A stretch of 64,000 bases of DNA from positions 5,194 through 69,193 of the forward strand of contig CAZKPP010000003.1 in the NCBI GenBank assembly GCA_964554665.1. Direction: 5' to 3'. Shown here piece after piece: positions 40,076 through 50,293 of this stretch. The notes under the pieces are model-generated. The model did not search any database. It was not told the DNA's origin and saw only the letters and a list, made by a program, of their open reading frames with translations. Within the stretch, counting starts at the first letter, position 1. Each line of letters starts with the position of its first letter. The DNA is from an uncultured Bacteroides sp. GTDB taxonomy: Bacteria > Bacteroidota > Bacteroidia > Bacteroidales > Muribaculaceae. Made by a program: the position numbers and the translations under genes.

Positions 40076-41240
40076 AACCGTCAAGCCCAAAGTTTTTGTT
40101 TCGGGCTGCTACGATATGTTGCATTCCGGCCATGTAGCCTTCTTTAAAGAGGCATCGAAATATGGCGACTTATACGTCGGAATCGGTTCGGATGCTACCA
40201 TTGAAGACCTCAAGCACCGCAAAACCGTTTACAGCGAAAAGGAACGCCTTTACATGGTAAAGGCCATTCGCTACGTTAAGGATGCCTATATTAACCCCGG
40301 CTCCGGCATTATGGACTTCGTTGAAACCGTTGATATGGTCAAGCCCGATATTTTCGTGGTGAACAGCGATGGCGGCAACGACGACAAGCGAAAATTCTGC
40401 GAGGAACGCGGAATCAACTATGTTGTTCTCGAACGTGAGCCTGAAAAGGGCCTCGAAGCACGCTCCACCACCGGTTTGCGCAAAACCGCTTCGTGTCAGT
40501 TGCCTTATCGCCTCGATTTGGCCGGCACATGGATTGACCAGCCCTACGTGAGTCAGTATCATCCGGGTTGGGCGCTGACTATTTCGTTGGAGCCGATTGA
40601 GGAATATATGGAGCGCGGCGGAATGTCGACTTCGACCCGCAATGCTGCCCGCAAAATCTGGCCGTACCAGTTGCCCAACTATAATGAGGCGATGCTGGCC
40701 CGCCTGCTTTTCTGCTTTGAGAACGACCCCGAAAACGACAAAGGCCATATTTCGGGCGCCCAGGATGCAATCGGCATCTGCATGTCGGGCCTTAACCGCC
40801 ATTACTACGACAATACTTACTGGCCCTCGAAAATAGAGTCGATCCACGATGAAGAAACCTTGAGCTGGCTCGAAAAACATCTGTGCATGGTGCCGATGTT
40901 CCCTCGCCGTCCGGGCTGTTCGGTGGTTGAAGGCAAGGATATTCAACCCGAAAAGGTAAAGGCGCTGGCCGATGCCGCCGACCGCTGCTGGGAAGCCATT
41001 AAGGCCAGGGACCTGAAGGCATTCGCTCAGGCTTTCAGCGATTCGTTTGAGGCGCAGATTTCAATGTTCCCGGCAATGGTGGCCGACGGAGTGCAGGAAT
41101 ATATCGACAAGTATGCCGATAAATCACTGGCCCACAAAATGCCGGGTGCAGGTGGCGGTGGCTATCTTGCCTTGGTTATCGACGGCGAGCTCCCCGAAGG
41201 TGCCCATCCGATTAAAATCAGACGCAAAGACTCGATTTAA
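40062..41240 (+). CDS. fusion protein: cytidylyltransferase-fold nucleotidyltransferase (TagD/RfaE-II-like) + fucokinase/HddA-like GHMP sugar kinase
   Basis: 392 aa. N-domain VSGCYDMLHSGHVAFF (HxGH) and LEARSTTGLRK (RTEGISTT-like). C-domain RLDLAGTWIDQPY, GGMSTSTRNA (degenerate GHMP motif II), SGAQDAIG (GxQDQ-like), MPGAGGGGYLALV (motif III). Overlaps the fucP stop by 14 nt. Confidence 0.65.
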   Translation: MQEDKTVKPKVFVSGCYDMLHSGHVAFFKEASKYGDLYVGIGSDATIEDLKHRKTVYSEKERLYMVKAIRYVKDAYINPGSGIMDFVETVDMVKPDIFVVNSDGGNDDKRKFCEERGINYVVLEREPEKGLEARSTTGLRKTASCQLPYRLDLAGTWIDQPYVSQYHPGWALTISLEPIEEYMERGGMSTSTRNAARKIWPYQLPNYNEAMLARLLFCFENDPENDKGHISGAQDAIGICMSGLNRHYYDNTYWPSKIESIHDEETLSWLEKHLCMVPMFPRRPGCSVVEGKDIQPEKVKALADAADRCWEAIKARDLKAFAQAFSDSFEAQISMFPAMVADGVQEYIDKYADKSLAHKMPGAGGGGYLALVIDGELPEGAHPIKIRRKDSI

Positions 41241-42550
41241 AAGAGCAGAGCATCGAGAAAAGTTGATATTGCAGCGCGCGCAGCCTTTTGGTTGGGCGCG
41301 TTGTTTATCATTATGGCCACGGCGTGGGTGGGAGCTTTAGTCTGCGGGTCGAGCCGATAGCCTACGTAGCAGACAACCCCTGTCATTGACCCGGACTTGA
41401 GGCAATAGTTGTCGCGACATGTGCTGTCGCGCATGAAGTTGCGCACGGTGCCGTCCATGCCCACGCGGGCAAACGAGCCGACGTAGTCGCTGTTGTCGGC
41501 CATTGCGCGCAACACTTCGCCGAGCTGGCGCGGGGAGATTGCGTTGTGGCGCGAAAGGCCGCTGCCGTCGGCGATTCTGCAACCGCGCAAGTCGACACCC
41601 ATATTGGTTAATATGTTCCGCTCGACAGCAATTGCCGTTTTGCGGGTCTGGCGCGGCGCGAGCAGGCGCAATGTGGCCTCGGCCATCTGATTGTCTGAGC
41701 GCACCATCAACGAGCGGGTCACACTTCTTAACCGCGGTGAGTAATATTCAAGAATCAGCGATGAATTGTTGCTTTTTTCAGCCGCCTGCGCGCCATTAAA
41801 CTGCTTTGTAACTTCGTTGAGCAGAACCGCGGGCGGGTAGGGCATCGAGCACTTCAGAGTTGCCGATTTTTGGTTGCGGCCGAGCGACCCGGAAACCACT
41901 AAGTCATAGCTGCCCGGATTGCGGAAGAAATTCAAATAGGTGCTGTTGGGCTGTTTAATAATCTTGAGCCCCGGAATTTCGGGGAATGTTTTCCACGACG
42001 GAACCGACAGGGTAAACACGTTGTCGCGCCAGTTCAGCGAATAGAAACCGGCGCCGTCTATACCCGGTATATCTTCAATCTCCCATGATTCTATGGCCCC
42101 TTGGTCAGGCCAGGACTCCGATTCGATTGCCGCGCCGCTGATTTGGGTGAAGCCATAGCCGGCGGCGGCGTTTTTCAGGGCCGACAGAAATCCCTCGCGT
42201 TCTTTATTGAATTCCACGGAGCCGAGCGTGGGGTCGCCCGAGCCGGTAATGACGAGGTTGCCCTGAAGAGTGCCCTGACTGATGTTGCCGTTGGCGCTAA
42301 CGGTGGTTTTCCACCTGTAGTCGCCACCATATTTCTTTAGGGCGGCGGCAACGGTTACCGACTTCATAACCGATGCCGGGGTCATTAAAACTTCGGAATT
42401 ATATGCAACCGTGGGATCGCCTCCCGAAAGCGGAGCCACATAAATTCCTATCTGGGCCTGCTCGGCCCCAACAAATGTTAGCGGACACTGCCCGAAAGCA
42501 ATGCCCGCGCTAACAAGCGCTATAAGTGCGCTGATGAGGTGTTTGGTCAT
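41237..42550 (-). CDS. dacB: D-alanyl-D-alanine carboxypeptidase/endopeptidase (PBP4, peptidase S13)
   Basis: 437 aa. SVMK (SxxK), SDN and KSG motifs at the expected spacing. Confidence 0.85.
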   Translation of the reverse strand: MTKHLISALIALVSAGIAFGQCPLTFVGAEQAQIGIYVAPLSGGDPTVAYNSEVLMTPASVMKSVTVAAALKKYGGDYRWKTTVSANGNISQGTLQGNLVITGSGDPTLGSVEFNKEREGFLSALKNAAAGYGFTQISGAAIESESWPDQGAIESWEIEDIPGIDGAGFYSLNWRDNVFTLSVPSWKTFPEIPGLKIIKQPNSTYLNFFRNPGSYDLVVSGSLGRNQKSATLKCSMPYPPAVLLNEVTKQFNGAQAAEKSNNSSLILEYYSPRLRSVTRSLMVRSDNQMAEATLRLLAPRQTRKTAIAVERNILTNMGVDLRGCRIADGSGLSRHNAISPRQLGEVLRAMADNSDYVGSFARVGMDGTVRNFMRDSTCRDNYCLKSGSMTGVVCYVGYRLDPQTKAPTHAVAIMINNAPNQKAARAAISTFLDALLF

Positions 42551-42553
42551 CTA

Positions 42554-44575
42554 TTACAATAAAGATACTGAACGGTTTACAAAGTCGCTCAACTCGCGGC
42601 CACGCAACATTCCGGTCGAAAGCAGCGCCAGGTCGATAAGCTGACGTACCAGCGGCTGCTTCGAAGCGAATTCCTTGGCTTTGTCGGCAATAGCCTCTCT
42701 TGAGCTGCCCATTGCGGCCTGCAGTTCGGAGATTTGCTTTTGCTGCTCGTCGGTAGGCTTATGATCTTTGACTTCGGCGTTAACCGCATTGAGCTTGGTT
42801 TCGGCTTCGCCCAGCTCGGCAAAAGCTTTGTTAACATCCTCGCCAATGGCTTTTTCGGCTTCTTCCTTGATTTTAGCCACCAGCGGGTGCTCGGTGTTGA
42901 CAACTAATGAATAGGTGTCGGGCAGCTGACTGTAGAAGTTCATGCCAGGCTGCATGGCCGCCATTTCCTTCATTCGGCGCATGTATTCGTTAACGGTGAT
43001 GGTTACCGGCATCGACGATGCGCTGAGCGCTTCAAGCTGCACCAGGAATTCGGCCTTTTCAACGTTAGGAATCTGCGATTTGAAGACTCCCGACATCATT
43101 TCGAGCGTTGCGCCCGACAGGTTCGACGTCTTGGCGTTGCCTTTGTCAATGAGCTTGTCGATAATATCGGAGTCGACGCGCACAAACCGCGAGCCTTCGA
43201 TTTTGGTTTCGAGCAGGCCGACGAAATGGCTGTCGAGCTGACCGTCCATAACCAAAACGCTGTAGCCCTTGGCCGTTGCTTCGTTGATATACGAGAACTG
43301 GGCGGTGGGGTCGGTAGTGTAGAGGAACACTATCTGCTTCTGCGCGTCGGTTTGGTTTGCTTCAATCAGGGTTTTATACTCGTTGATAGTATAGTACTTG
43401 CCTTCGGTGTCCTTGAGCAGGCAGAAGTTCATTGCCGCGTCGCGGAATTTATCGTCGGTCAGCATACCGTATTCAATGAACACCTTAATGTCGTCCCATT
43501 TGGCTTCAAAGTCTTTGCGGTCGGCCTTGAAAATGTCTTCGAGGCGCTGGGCAACTTTCTTGGTGATGTAGCCCGAGATTTTCTTAACCGCCGAGTCGCT
43601 CTGCAGGTAGCTGCGGCTAACGTTCAGAGGAATGTCGGGCGAGTCGATAACGCCTTGCAGAAGCATCATGAATTCAGGCACTACGCCCTCAACCGAGTCG
43701 GTTACGAACACCTGGTTTGAATAGAGCTGAATCCTGTTTTTGGTAAGCTCGAAGTTATTGTGAATCTTCGGGAAGTAGAGAATGCCGGTCAGCGTGAAGG
43801 GATAGTCAACGTTGAGGTGAATCCAAAACAGCGGGTCGTCCTGACCGGGGTAGAGTTCGTGGTAGAAGTCGAGGTAATCCTTGTCGGTCAGGTCAGCAGG
43901 CTTCTTGGTCCACGTAGGCTCGGTGGAGTTGATAACAACGCCGTTGCTTTCGACGGGAACCGGCAGGAAGCGGCAATATTTGCGCAGCAGGGTGTCGATG
44001 CGGGCCTGTTCGAGGAACTCTTTGCTCTCATCGTCGATATAGAGAATAATGTCGGTGCCGCGAGTTGCTTTGTCGCACGGTTCGAGGGTATAGACCGGTG
44101 AGCCGTCGCACTCCCAGCGCACGGCCTGCGCGCCTTCTTTATAGCTCAGAGTGCGGATTTCCACTTTTTTCGACACCATGAAGGCCGAGTAGAAGCCGAG
44201 GCCAAAGTGGCCGATGATGCCGTTGGCGGTGTCTTTATATTTATTAACGAATTCTTCGGCGCCTGAAAAGGCAATCTGGTTGATGTATTTTTCAACATCC
44301 TCGGCTGTCATGCCGATGCCATGGTCGGAAACGGTAAGTGTGCCGGCTTCCTTGTCGATGGTAACGGTAACCTTCAGGTCGCCCAGTTCGCCCTTGAATT
44401 CGCCGAACGACGACAGGGTTTTAAGTTTTTGGGTGGCGTCCACGGCGTTGCTCACGAGCTCGCGCAGAAAAATTTCGTGGTCGCTATACAGGAATTTTTT
44501 GATTACGGGGAAAATGTTTTCGGTAGTAACACCGATAGAACCTTGTTTTTTTTCGATTGTATCCATATTTTGCAT
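42554..44575 (-). CDS. htpG: molecular chaperone HtpG (Hsp90)
   Basis: 673 aa. FLRELVSNAVDA and GHFGLGFYSAFMV are Hsp90 N-domain signatures. Confidence 0.93.
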   Translation of the reverse strand: MQNMDTIEKKQGSIGVTTENIFPVIKKFLYSDHEIFLRELVSNAVDATQKLKTLSSFGEFKGELGDLKVTVTIDKEAGTLTVSDHGIGMTAEDVEKYINQIAFSGAEEFVNKYKDTANGIIGHFGLGFYSAFMVSKKVEIRTLSYKEGAQAVRWECDGSPVYTLEPCDKATRGTDIILYIDDESKEFLEQARIDTLLRKYCRFLPVPVESNGVVINSTEPTWTKKPADLTDKDYLDFYHELYPGQDDPLFWIHLNVDYPFTLTGILYFPKIHNNFELTKNRIQLYSNQVFVTDSVEGVVPEFMMLLQGVIDSPDIPLNVSRSYLQSDSAVKKISGYITKKVAQRLEDIFKADRKDFEAKWDDIKVFIEYGMLTDDKFRDAAMNFCLLKDTEGKYYTINEYKTLIEANQTDAQKQIVFLYTTDPTAQFSYINEATAKGYSVLVMDGQLDSHFVGLLETKIEGSRFVRVDSDIIDKLIDKGNAKTSNLSGATLEMMSGVFKSQIPNVEKAEFLVQLEALSASSMPVTITVNEYMRRMKEMAAMQPGMNFYSQLPDTYSLVVNTEHPLVAKIKEEAEKAIGEDVNKAFAELGEAETKLNAVNAEVKDHKPTDEQQKQISELQAAMGSSREAIADKAKEFASKQPLVRQLIDLALLSTGMLRGRELSDFVNRSVSLL

Positions 44576-44622
44576 TTGGTTTTTATCTTGTGAATATCAA
44601 ACACCGTGCCAAACTGATTGGT

Positions 44623-45954
44623 TCAGAAAAGACCGAGTCCTGAAAGGAATATTAACGTTATGCAAATCGGAGCTATAAAGCGAAGAATAAATAAAAGAAT
44701 CGAAACAATGATTTTTGAAACCCCGCGCAGCTGGGCCTCAACCGCACGGCGTTTCATAACGTATCCGACGTAGAGCGAAATCATTATGCCGCCGACGGGC
44801 AGGCAAATGGTGCTCGAAACGAAGTCGAATAAATCAAACAGACTCATTCCGAACAGGTTGATATTGAGTTCGGGGTTGAACGAAAGCGAGCAGAGAGTGC
44901 CGAATACGGCGCAAATAGCGATGGTCAGGGCTGTGGCTTTGGAGCGGGCCATTTTGCGTTCCTCGCAGAAGTAGGCAATGGCGATTTCCGCCATGGAAAT
45001 CGTGGAGGTCAGCGATGCGAGCAGCAGCAAAAAGAAGAATAGGGGAGACCATAGCTGGCCCAGAGGCAGATTATGGAATATTTCAGGCAACACTTCAAAA
45101 ACCAGCTTGGGACCGCCGGCGGGAGACTGACCGAATGAGAAAACCGCCGGAAAGATTATGATGCCCGACAGGATGGCCACCAAGGTGTCGAGCCCGGCAA
45201 TAGTTACGGCATTATTCAGCAACTTGGTTTCCGATTTGAAGTAGCTCGCGTATGTGAGCATACATCCCAGGCCTATGCTGAGCGAAAAGAATGCCTGGCC
45301 CATGGCACCGAGCCAAACGCTTGGCGTGAGTTTCGAGAAATCGGGCTTAAACAGGAATTGCAAACCCTCCTTAGCTCCGGGGAGCAGTAGGGAATTCAAT
45401 GCGAAAATCAAAAGTAGGCCGAAGAGCAGCGGCATCATCAGGTTCGACATCCGCTCGATGCCTTTCTGCACCCCCTTGCGGAGAATCAGAAAGTTCAGAG
45501 CAAGAAAAATCAAGGTGAAGATAACCGCATTCCACGACCCGGCAAAGTCCGAGAACTGCCGGTGGAGTTCCTGCTGGTTAGCGGCTCCGCTGAAGCCTTG
45601 CAGCGACCGGAAGATATAGTCGGTGGTCCAGCCGGCAACAACGCTGTAGAAGCTCAATATAATGAGCGAAGCAATTATGCCGTTCAGGCCTATGAGATTC
45701 CACACCCGCGAGCCGGGCAAGGTTTTGAAGGCTCCGTAAACGTTCTTTTTGGCAGCACGGCCGATTATAAACTCAGCCGTGATAACCGGAATGCCGAGCC
45801 CGAGGATAAAAAGGAGGTAGATGAGCATGAAAGCGCCGCCGCCATGAACACCGGCCTCGTAGGGAAATCGCCATACGTTGCCAAGGCCGACTGCCGAGCC
45901 GACCGTAGCCGCTATGACTCCCAGGCGGGTGGTGAACTGCGCGCGCTGGGCCAT
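44623..45954 (-). CDS. sodium-dependent transporter, NSS/SNF family
   Basis: 443 aa. GSAVGLGNVWRFPY signature and about 11-12 helices. Confidence 0.9.
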   Translation of the reverse strand: MAQRAQFTTRLGVIAATVGSAVGLGNVWRFPYEAGVHGGGAFMLIYLLFILGLGIPVITAEFIIGRAAKKNVYGAFKTLPGSRVWNLIGLNGIIASLIILSFYSVVAGWTTDYIFRSLQGFSGAANQQELHRQFSDFAGSWNAVIFTLIFLALNFLILRKGVQKGIERMSNLMMPLLFGLLLIFALNSLLLPGAKEGLQFLFKPDFSKLTPSVWLGAMGQAFFSLSIGLGCMLTYASYFKSETKLLNNAVTIAGLDTLVAILSGIIIFPAVFSFGQSPAGGPKLVFEVLPEIFHNLPLGQLWSPLFFFLLLLASLTSTISMAEIAIAYFCEERKMARSKATALTIAICAVFGTLCSLSFNPELNINLFGMSLFDLFDFVSSTICLPVGGIMISLYVGYVMKRRAVEAQLRGVSKIIVSILLFILRFIAPICITLIFLSGLGLF

Positions 45955-48900
45955 TAGTATTCGTCCCAGGACTTGATTTCGATGTCGTCGAGCGTCATCG
46001 AAGTGAAGGCTGAAATGAAGGCCGCGGCCAGGCGGGCGTTGGTGAGCAGGGGCACGTTAAGGTCAATCGCCGCGCGACGAATCTTGTAGCCGTTGCTGAG
46101 TTCGGTAGGCGTAAGGTTCTTGGGAACGTTGACCACCATGTCGATTTCCTTGTTGTGGAGCAGGTCGAGGGCCTGGGGCTGCATGTCGGGTTGCGACGGC
46201 CAGTAAACGCGAATGGCGGGAATGCCGTTGTCGTTCAGGAACTGGTGGGTGCCTCCGGTGGCGTAAATCTTATAGCCGTGGTTATGCAGCAGATGGGCGC
46301 TGTCGAGCATGTCGGCTTTCTGCTTCGGGGTGCCGGTCGAGAGCAGTACGCTCTTTTCGGGTATGCGCTGACCAACCGAGAGCATTGCTTTCAGGAGTGC
46401 TTCGGAAGTGTCGTCGCCAATGCAGCCCACTTCGCCGGTCGAACTCATGTCTACGCCCAGAACCGGGTCGGCGCCCTGCAGGCGCGAGAAGCTGAACTGC
46501 GAGGCCTTGATGCCTACGTAGTCGAGGTCGAAGGCGCTCTTCGAGGGCTTTTCAACCTCTTCGCCGAGCATAATGCGGGTTGCCAGGTCGATAAAGTTGA
46601 TTTTGAGAACTTTGCTGACAAAGGGGAACGAGCGCGATGCACGCAGGTTACATTCAATAACCTTAATGTCGTTGTTTTTGGCGAGGAACTGAATGTTGAA
46701 GGGACCGCTGATGTTGAGCGCTTTGGCGATTTTTGCCGATACCTTTTTCAGGCGGCGCATGGTTTCAACATAAAGTTTCTGGGGAGGGAACTGAATGGTT
46801 GCGTCGCCCGAGTGAACGCCGGCAAACTCAATGTGTTCGCTGATTGCGTAGGCTTTGATTTCGCCGTTTTGAGCAACCGCATCCATTTCAATTTCTTTGG
46901 CAAACTGAATGAACTGACTAACAACCACCGGGTGCTCCTTGCTGACGTTGGCCGCCAGACGCAGGAAGCGTTCGAGTTCTTCGGGATTGGAGCAGACGTT
47001 CATGGCCGCGCCCGAAAGCACATAGCTGGGACGAACGAGCACCGGGAAGCCTACTTCGTCGATAAACTTGTGAATATCGTCCATCGACGTAAGTTCGCGC
47101 CACGCGGGCTGGTCAATGCCCAGTTCGTCGAGCATTGACGAGAATTTATGGCGGTCTTCGGCATTGTCGATGCTTTGGGCAGTGGTGCCGAGAATGTTAA
47201 CCCCCTGGGCATCGAGCTTCATTGCGAGGTTGTTGGGAATCTGACCACCCACGGAAAGGATTGTGCCGTAGGGAGTTTCGAGGTCGATAATGTCCATTAC
47301 GCGCTCAAATGTCAGCTCGTCGAAATAGAGTCGGTCGCACATATCATAGTCGGTCGACACCGTTTCGGGGTTGTAGTTGATCATTACCGAGCGGTAGCCC
47401 TGTTTCTTAACGGTCAGCAGTGCGTTAACCGAACACCAGTCGAATTCAACCGACGAACCGATGCGGTAGGCACCCGAGCCGAGCACCACTATGGAGCGGT
47501 TGTCGTTTTCGTAGTTGATGTCGTTAAACGAACCGTTGTAGGTGAGATACAGGTAGTTTGTCTGTGCGGGATATTCTGCTGCCAGGGTGTCGATTTGCTT
47601 TACGACCGGCATGATGCCGAGCTCTTTGCGGTAGTTGCGAACGTTGAGCGACGCTTCGTGAGCTTTGGCGCCGGCAATAGTCGGGTCGATTGAGCGTGCT
47701 ATCTGGAAGTCGCTGAAACCTTGCTGCTTGGCCTGGAGCAAAAGCTCGCGCGGCAGGGTGGGGAGAGCGTTATATTCATGCAGCTCGGTGTAGGTATCAA
47801 CAATGTTTTTGAGCTTATGCAGGAACCAGCGGTCAATCTTGGTCAGTTCGTGGATGCGCTCGATGCTATAGTCATGTTGCAGAGCCTGTGAGAGCACGAA
47901 AATGCGCTTGTCGGTCGGCTCGGCGAGAGCCTTGTCGATGTCTGAAACGTGGAGTTCTTTGTTGCCAACGAATCCGTGCATACCCTGACCGATCATGCGC
48001 AGGCCTTTTTGAATGGCTTCTTCAAAGGTGCGACCAATGGCCATAACTTCGCCCACCGACTTCATTGACGAGCCGATTTCGCGGCGCACACCATGGAATT
48101 TGCCGAGGTCCCAGCGCGGAATCTTAACTACAATGTAGTCCAGAGCGGGTTCAAAGAATGCCGAAGTTTCTTTAGTAACCGAGTTCTTCAGGTCAAAGAG
48201 GCCGTAGCCGAGGCCGAGTTTGGCGGCTACGAATGCCAGCGGATAGCCGGTAGCTTTCGAGGCGAGGGCCGACGAGCGCGACAGGCGGGCGTTGACCTCG
48301 ATGACGCGGTAGTCCATCGACTCGGGGTCGAAGGCATATTGAACGTTACACTCGCCAACGATGCCTATGTGGCGGATAATCTTTATGGCAAGCGAACGCA
48401 GGTAGTGGTAATCTTCGTTGGTGAGGGTCTGCGAGGGTGCAACCACGATGCTCTCGCCGGTGTGGATGCCGAGCGGGTCGAGGTTTTCCATATTGCAGAC
48501 CGTAATGCAGTTGTCAAAGCGGTCGCGAACAACTTCGTATTCTACCTCTTTCCAGCCCTTGAGCGATTTTTCTACCAATACTTGAGGGCTGAAAGATAAA
48601 GCCTTCTCTACGAGTGCGATTAGCTCTTCGCGGTTGTCGCAGAATCCGGAACCGAGGCCGCCCAGCGCGTATGCGGCGCGAACAATTACCGGATAGCCGA
48701 GAGCTTCGGCGGCGGCAATGGCGTCGGCAGTTGTGCTGACTGCTTCGCTCTTTATGGTCTTAACGTCGATTTCGTCGAGTTTCTTAACAAACAGTTCGCG
48801 GTCTTCGGTGTCCATAATGGCCTGAACCGGAGTGCCGAGCACCTTAACATTATATTTCTCCAGAATACCGGAGCGATACAATTCAACGCCGCAGTTCAGG

Positions 48901-49175
48901 GCAGTCTGGCCGCCGAAGGCGAGCAAGATGCCGTCGGGGCGCTCTTTTTTAATCACCTTTTCAACAAAGAGCGGAGTAACCGGCAGGAAGTAAATTTTAT
49001 CGGCAAATCCATCGGATGTCTGGACCGTTGCAATGTTCGGGTTGATGAGTACGGTTTCAATACCTTCTTCCTTCATTGCCTTGAGGGCTTGCGACCCGGA
49101 GTAGTCAAATTCGCCGGCTTCGCCAATTTTCAGAGCCCCGCTGCCAAGAAGCAGCACTTTCTTTATGTCGTTCAT
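45954..49175 (-). CDS. carB: carbamoyl-phosphate synthase large subunit
   Basis: 1073 aa. Duplicated ATP-grasp halves, VLLLGSGALKIGEAGEFDYSG opening, MGS-like C-terminal domain. Confidence 0.95.
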   Translation of the reverse strand: MNDIKKVLLLGSGALKIGEAGEFDYSGSQALKAMKEEGIETVLINPNIATVQTSDGFADKIYFLPVTPLFVEKVIKKERPDGILLAFGGQTALNCGVELYRSGILEKYNVKVLGTPVQAIMDTEDRELFVKKLDEIDVKTIKSEAVSTTADAIAAAEALGYPVIVRAAYALGGLGSGFCDNREELIALVEKALSFSPQVLVEKSLKGWKEVEYEVVRDRFDNCITVCNMENLDPLGIHTGESIVVAPSQTLTNEDYHYLRSLAIKIIRHIGIVGECNVQYAFDPESMDYRVIEVNARLSRSSALASKATGYPLAFVAAKLGLGYGLFDLKNSVTKETSAFFEPALDYIVVKIPRWDLGKFHGVRREIGSSMKSVGEVMAIGRTFEEAIQKGLRMIGQGMHGFVGNKELHVSDIDKALAEPTDKRIFVLSQALQHDYSIERIHELTKIDRWFLHKLKNIVDTYTELHEYNALPTLPRELLLQAKQQGFSDFQIARSIDPTIAGAKAHEASLNVRNYRKELGIMPVVKQIDTLAAEYPAQTNYLYLTYNGSFNDINYENDNRSIVVLGSGAYRIGSSVEFDWCSVNALLTVKKQGYRSVMINYNPETVSTDYDMCDRLYFDELTFERVMDIIDLETPYGTILSVGGQIPNNLAMKLDAQGVNILGTTAQSIDNAEDRHKFSSMLDELGIDQPAWRELTSMDDIHKFIDEVGFPVLVRPSYVLSGAAMNVCSNPEELERFLRLAANVSKEHPVVVSQFIQFAKEIEMDAVAQNGEIKAYAISEHIEFAGVHSGDATIQFPPQKLYVETMRRLKKVSAKIAKALNISGPFNIQFLAKNNDIKVIECNLRASRSFPFVSKVLKINFIDLATRIMLGEEVEKPSKSAFDLDYVGIKASQFSFSRLQGADPVLGVDMSSTGEVGCIGDDTSEALLKAMLSVGQRIPEKSVLLSTGTPKQKADMLDSAHLLHNHGYKIYATGGTHQFLNDNGIPAIRVYWPSQPDMQPQALDLLHNKEIDMVVNVPKNLTPTELSNGYKIRRAAIDLNVPLLTNARLAAAFISAFTSMTLDDIEIKSWDEY

Positions 49176-49199
49176 CTATAATTTGTTGAAAGGTGAGAT

Positions 49200-50270
49200 T
49201 TAAAGCAATTTTATAAATTCGTCGAAAAGAAACTCGGTGTCTTTCGGTCCCGAGCTTGCTTCGGGGTGGAACTGGGCCGAAAAGAATGGTTTCGACTTGT
49301 GGCGTATTCCTTCGTTGGTGCCGTCATTCATGTTGATGAACAGCGGTTCCCAGTCGGCCGGCAGCGTTGAGTTATCAACCGCAAAACCATGGTTCTGGGA
49401 GGTAACGAAGCAGGTGTTGGTGTTGGTCATGCGCACCGGCTGGTTGTGGCTGCGGTGGCCATACTTGAGTTTGTAGGTTTTGGCGCCGGCGGCTTTCGAC
49501 AAGAGTTGATTGCCCATGCAGATGCCGCAGATAGGTTTGTCCTCTTTGAGTGCCTTGCGCAGGTTTTCAACGGTTTTGTCTACCATGTCGGGGTTGCCGG
49601 GGCCATTGGAAATAAACAGGCCGTCGTAGTTGAGGGTAGTGAAATCATAGTCCCAGGGAACTCTGATAACCTTTACTCCGCGGCGGGTCAGGCAGCGGAT
49701 AATGTTGTGTTTGACGCCGCAGTCAACCAAAACTACCGTTTTGTCGCCTTCGCCGTGGTATTCAACTTCTTTACACGAGGTTTTGGCAACCAGGTTTTCT
49801 TTGTTGGGGTCATACCAGTCGGGCTCTTCGGTGCCGTCAACAACTATTTTGCCGAGCATCGAGCCCTTTTCTCTAAGGAGTTTGGTAAGAGCGCGGGTGT
49901 CGATGCCATATATTCCGGGAATCTTTTCTTCGTTGAGCCATTCAGCCAACGAGCGGTCGGCCTGCCAGTGAGAGTGGTCGAACGTGTAATCCTGGGCCAC
50001 AATGGCGCGGGCGTGGATATGGTCACTTTCGTAAAATTCGGAAATATCGTCTTTTTCAGAACGGGGAGCAACGCCGTAGTTGCCGAGAATCGGGTAGGTG
50101 GTTACAAGAATCTGGCCTTCATAACTGGGGTCGGTTAATGATTCCGGGTAACCTGTCATTGCGGTATTAAATACAACTTCACCGGCAGTAGATGCGGGGT
50201 AACCGAATGATTTTCCATGGAATACGGTTCCATCTTCCAGAATCAGACGGGCGTTGGGAATTTGGCGCAT
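49200..50270 (-). CDS. carA: carbamoyl-phosphate synthase small (glutaminase) subunit
   Basis: 356 aa from the ATG at 50270 (the track start at 50276 is TTG). Catalytic GICMGNQ Cys and the HRSHNQPV / FHPE His-Glu region. Confidence 0.92.
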   Translation of the reverse strand: MRQIPNARLILEDGTVFHGKSFGYPASTAGEVVFNTAMTGYPESLTDPSYEGQILVTTYPILGNYGVAPRSEKDDISEFYESDHIHARAIVAQDYTFDHSHWQADRSLAEWLNEEKIPGIYGIDTRALTKLLREKGSMLGKIVVDGTEEPDWYDPNKENLVAKTSCKEVEYHGEGDKTVVLVDCGVKHNIIRCLTRRGVKVIRVPWDYDFTTLNYDGLFISNGPGNPDMVDKTVENLRKALKEDKPICGICMGNQLLSKAAGAKTYKLKYGHRSHNQPVRMTNTNTCFVTSQNHGFAVDNSTLPADWEPLFINMNDGTNEGIRHKSKPFFSAQFHPEASSGPKDTEFLFDEFIKLL

Positions 50271-50293
50271 AAGCAAAAAATGTGGGTCAGTTT

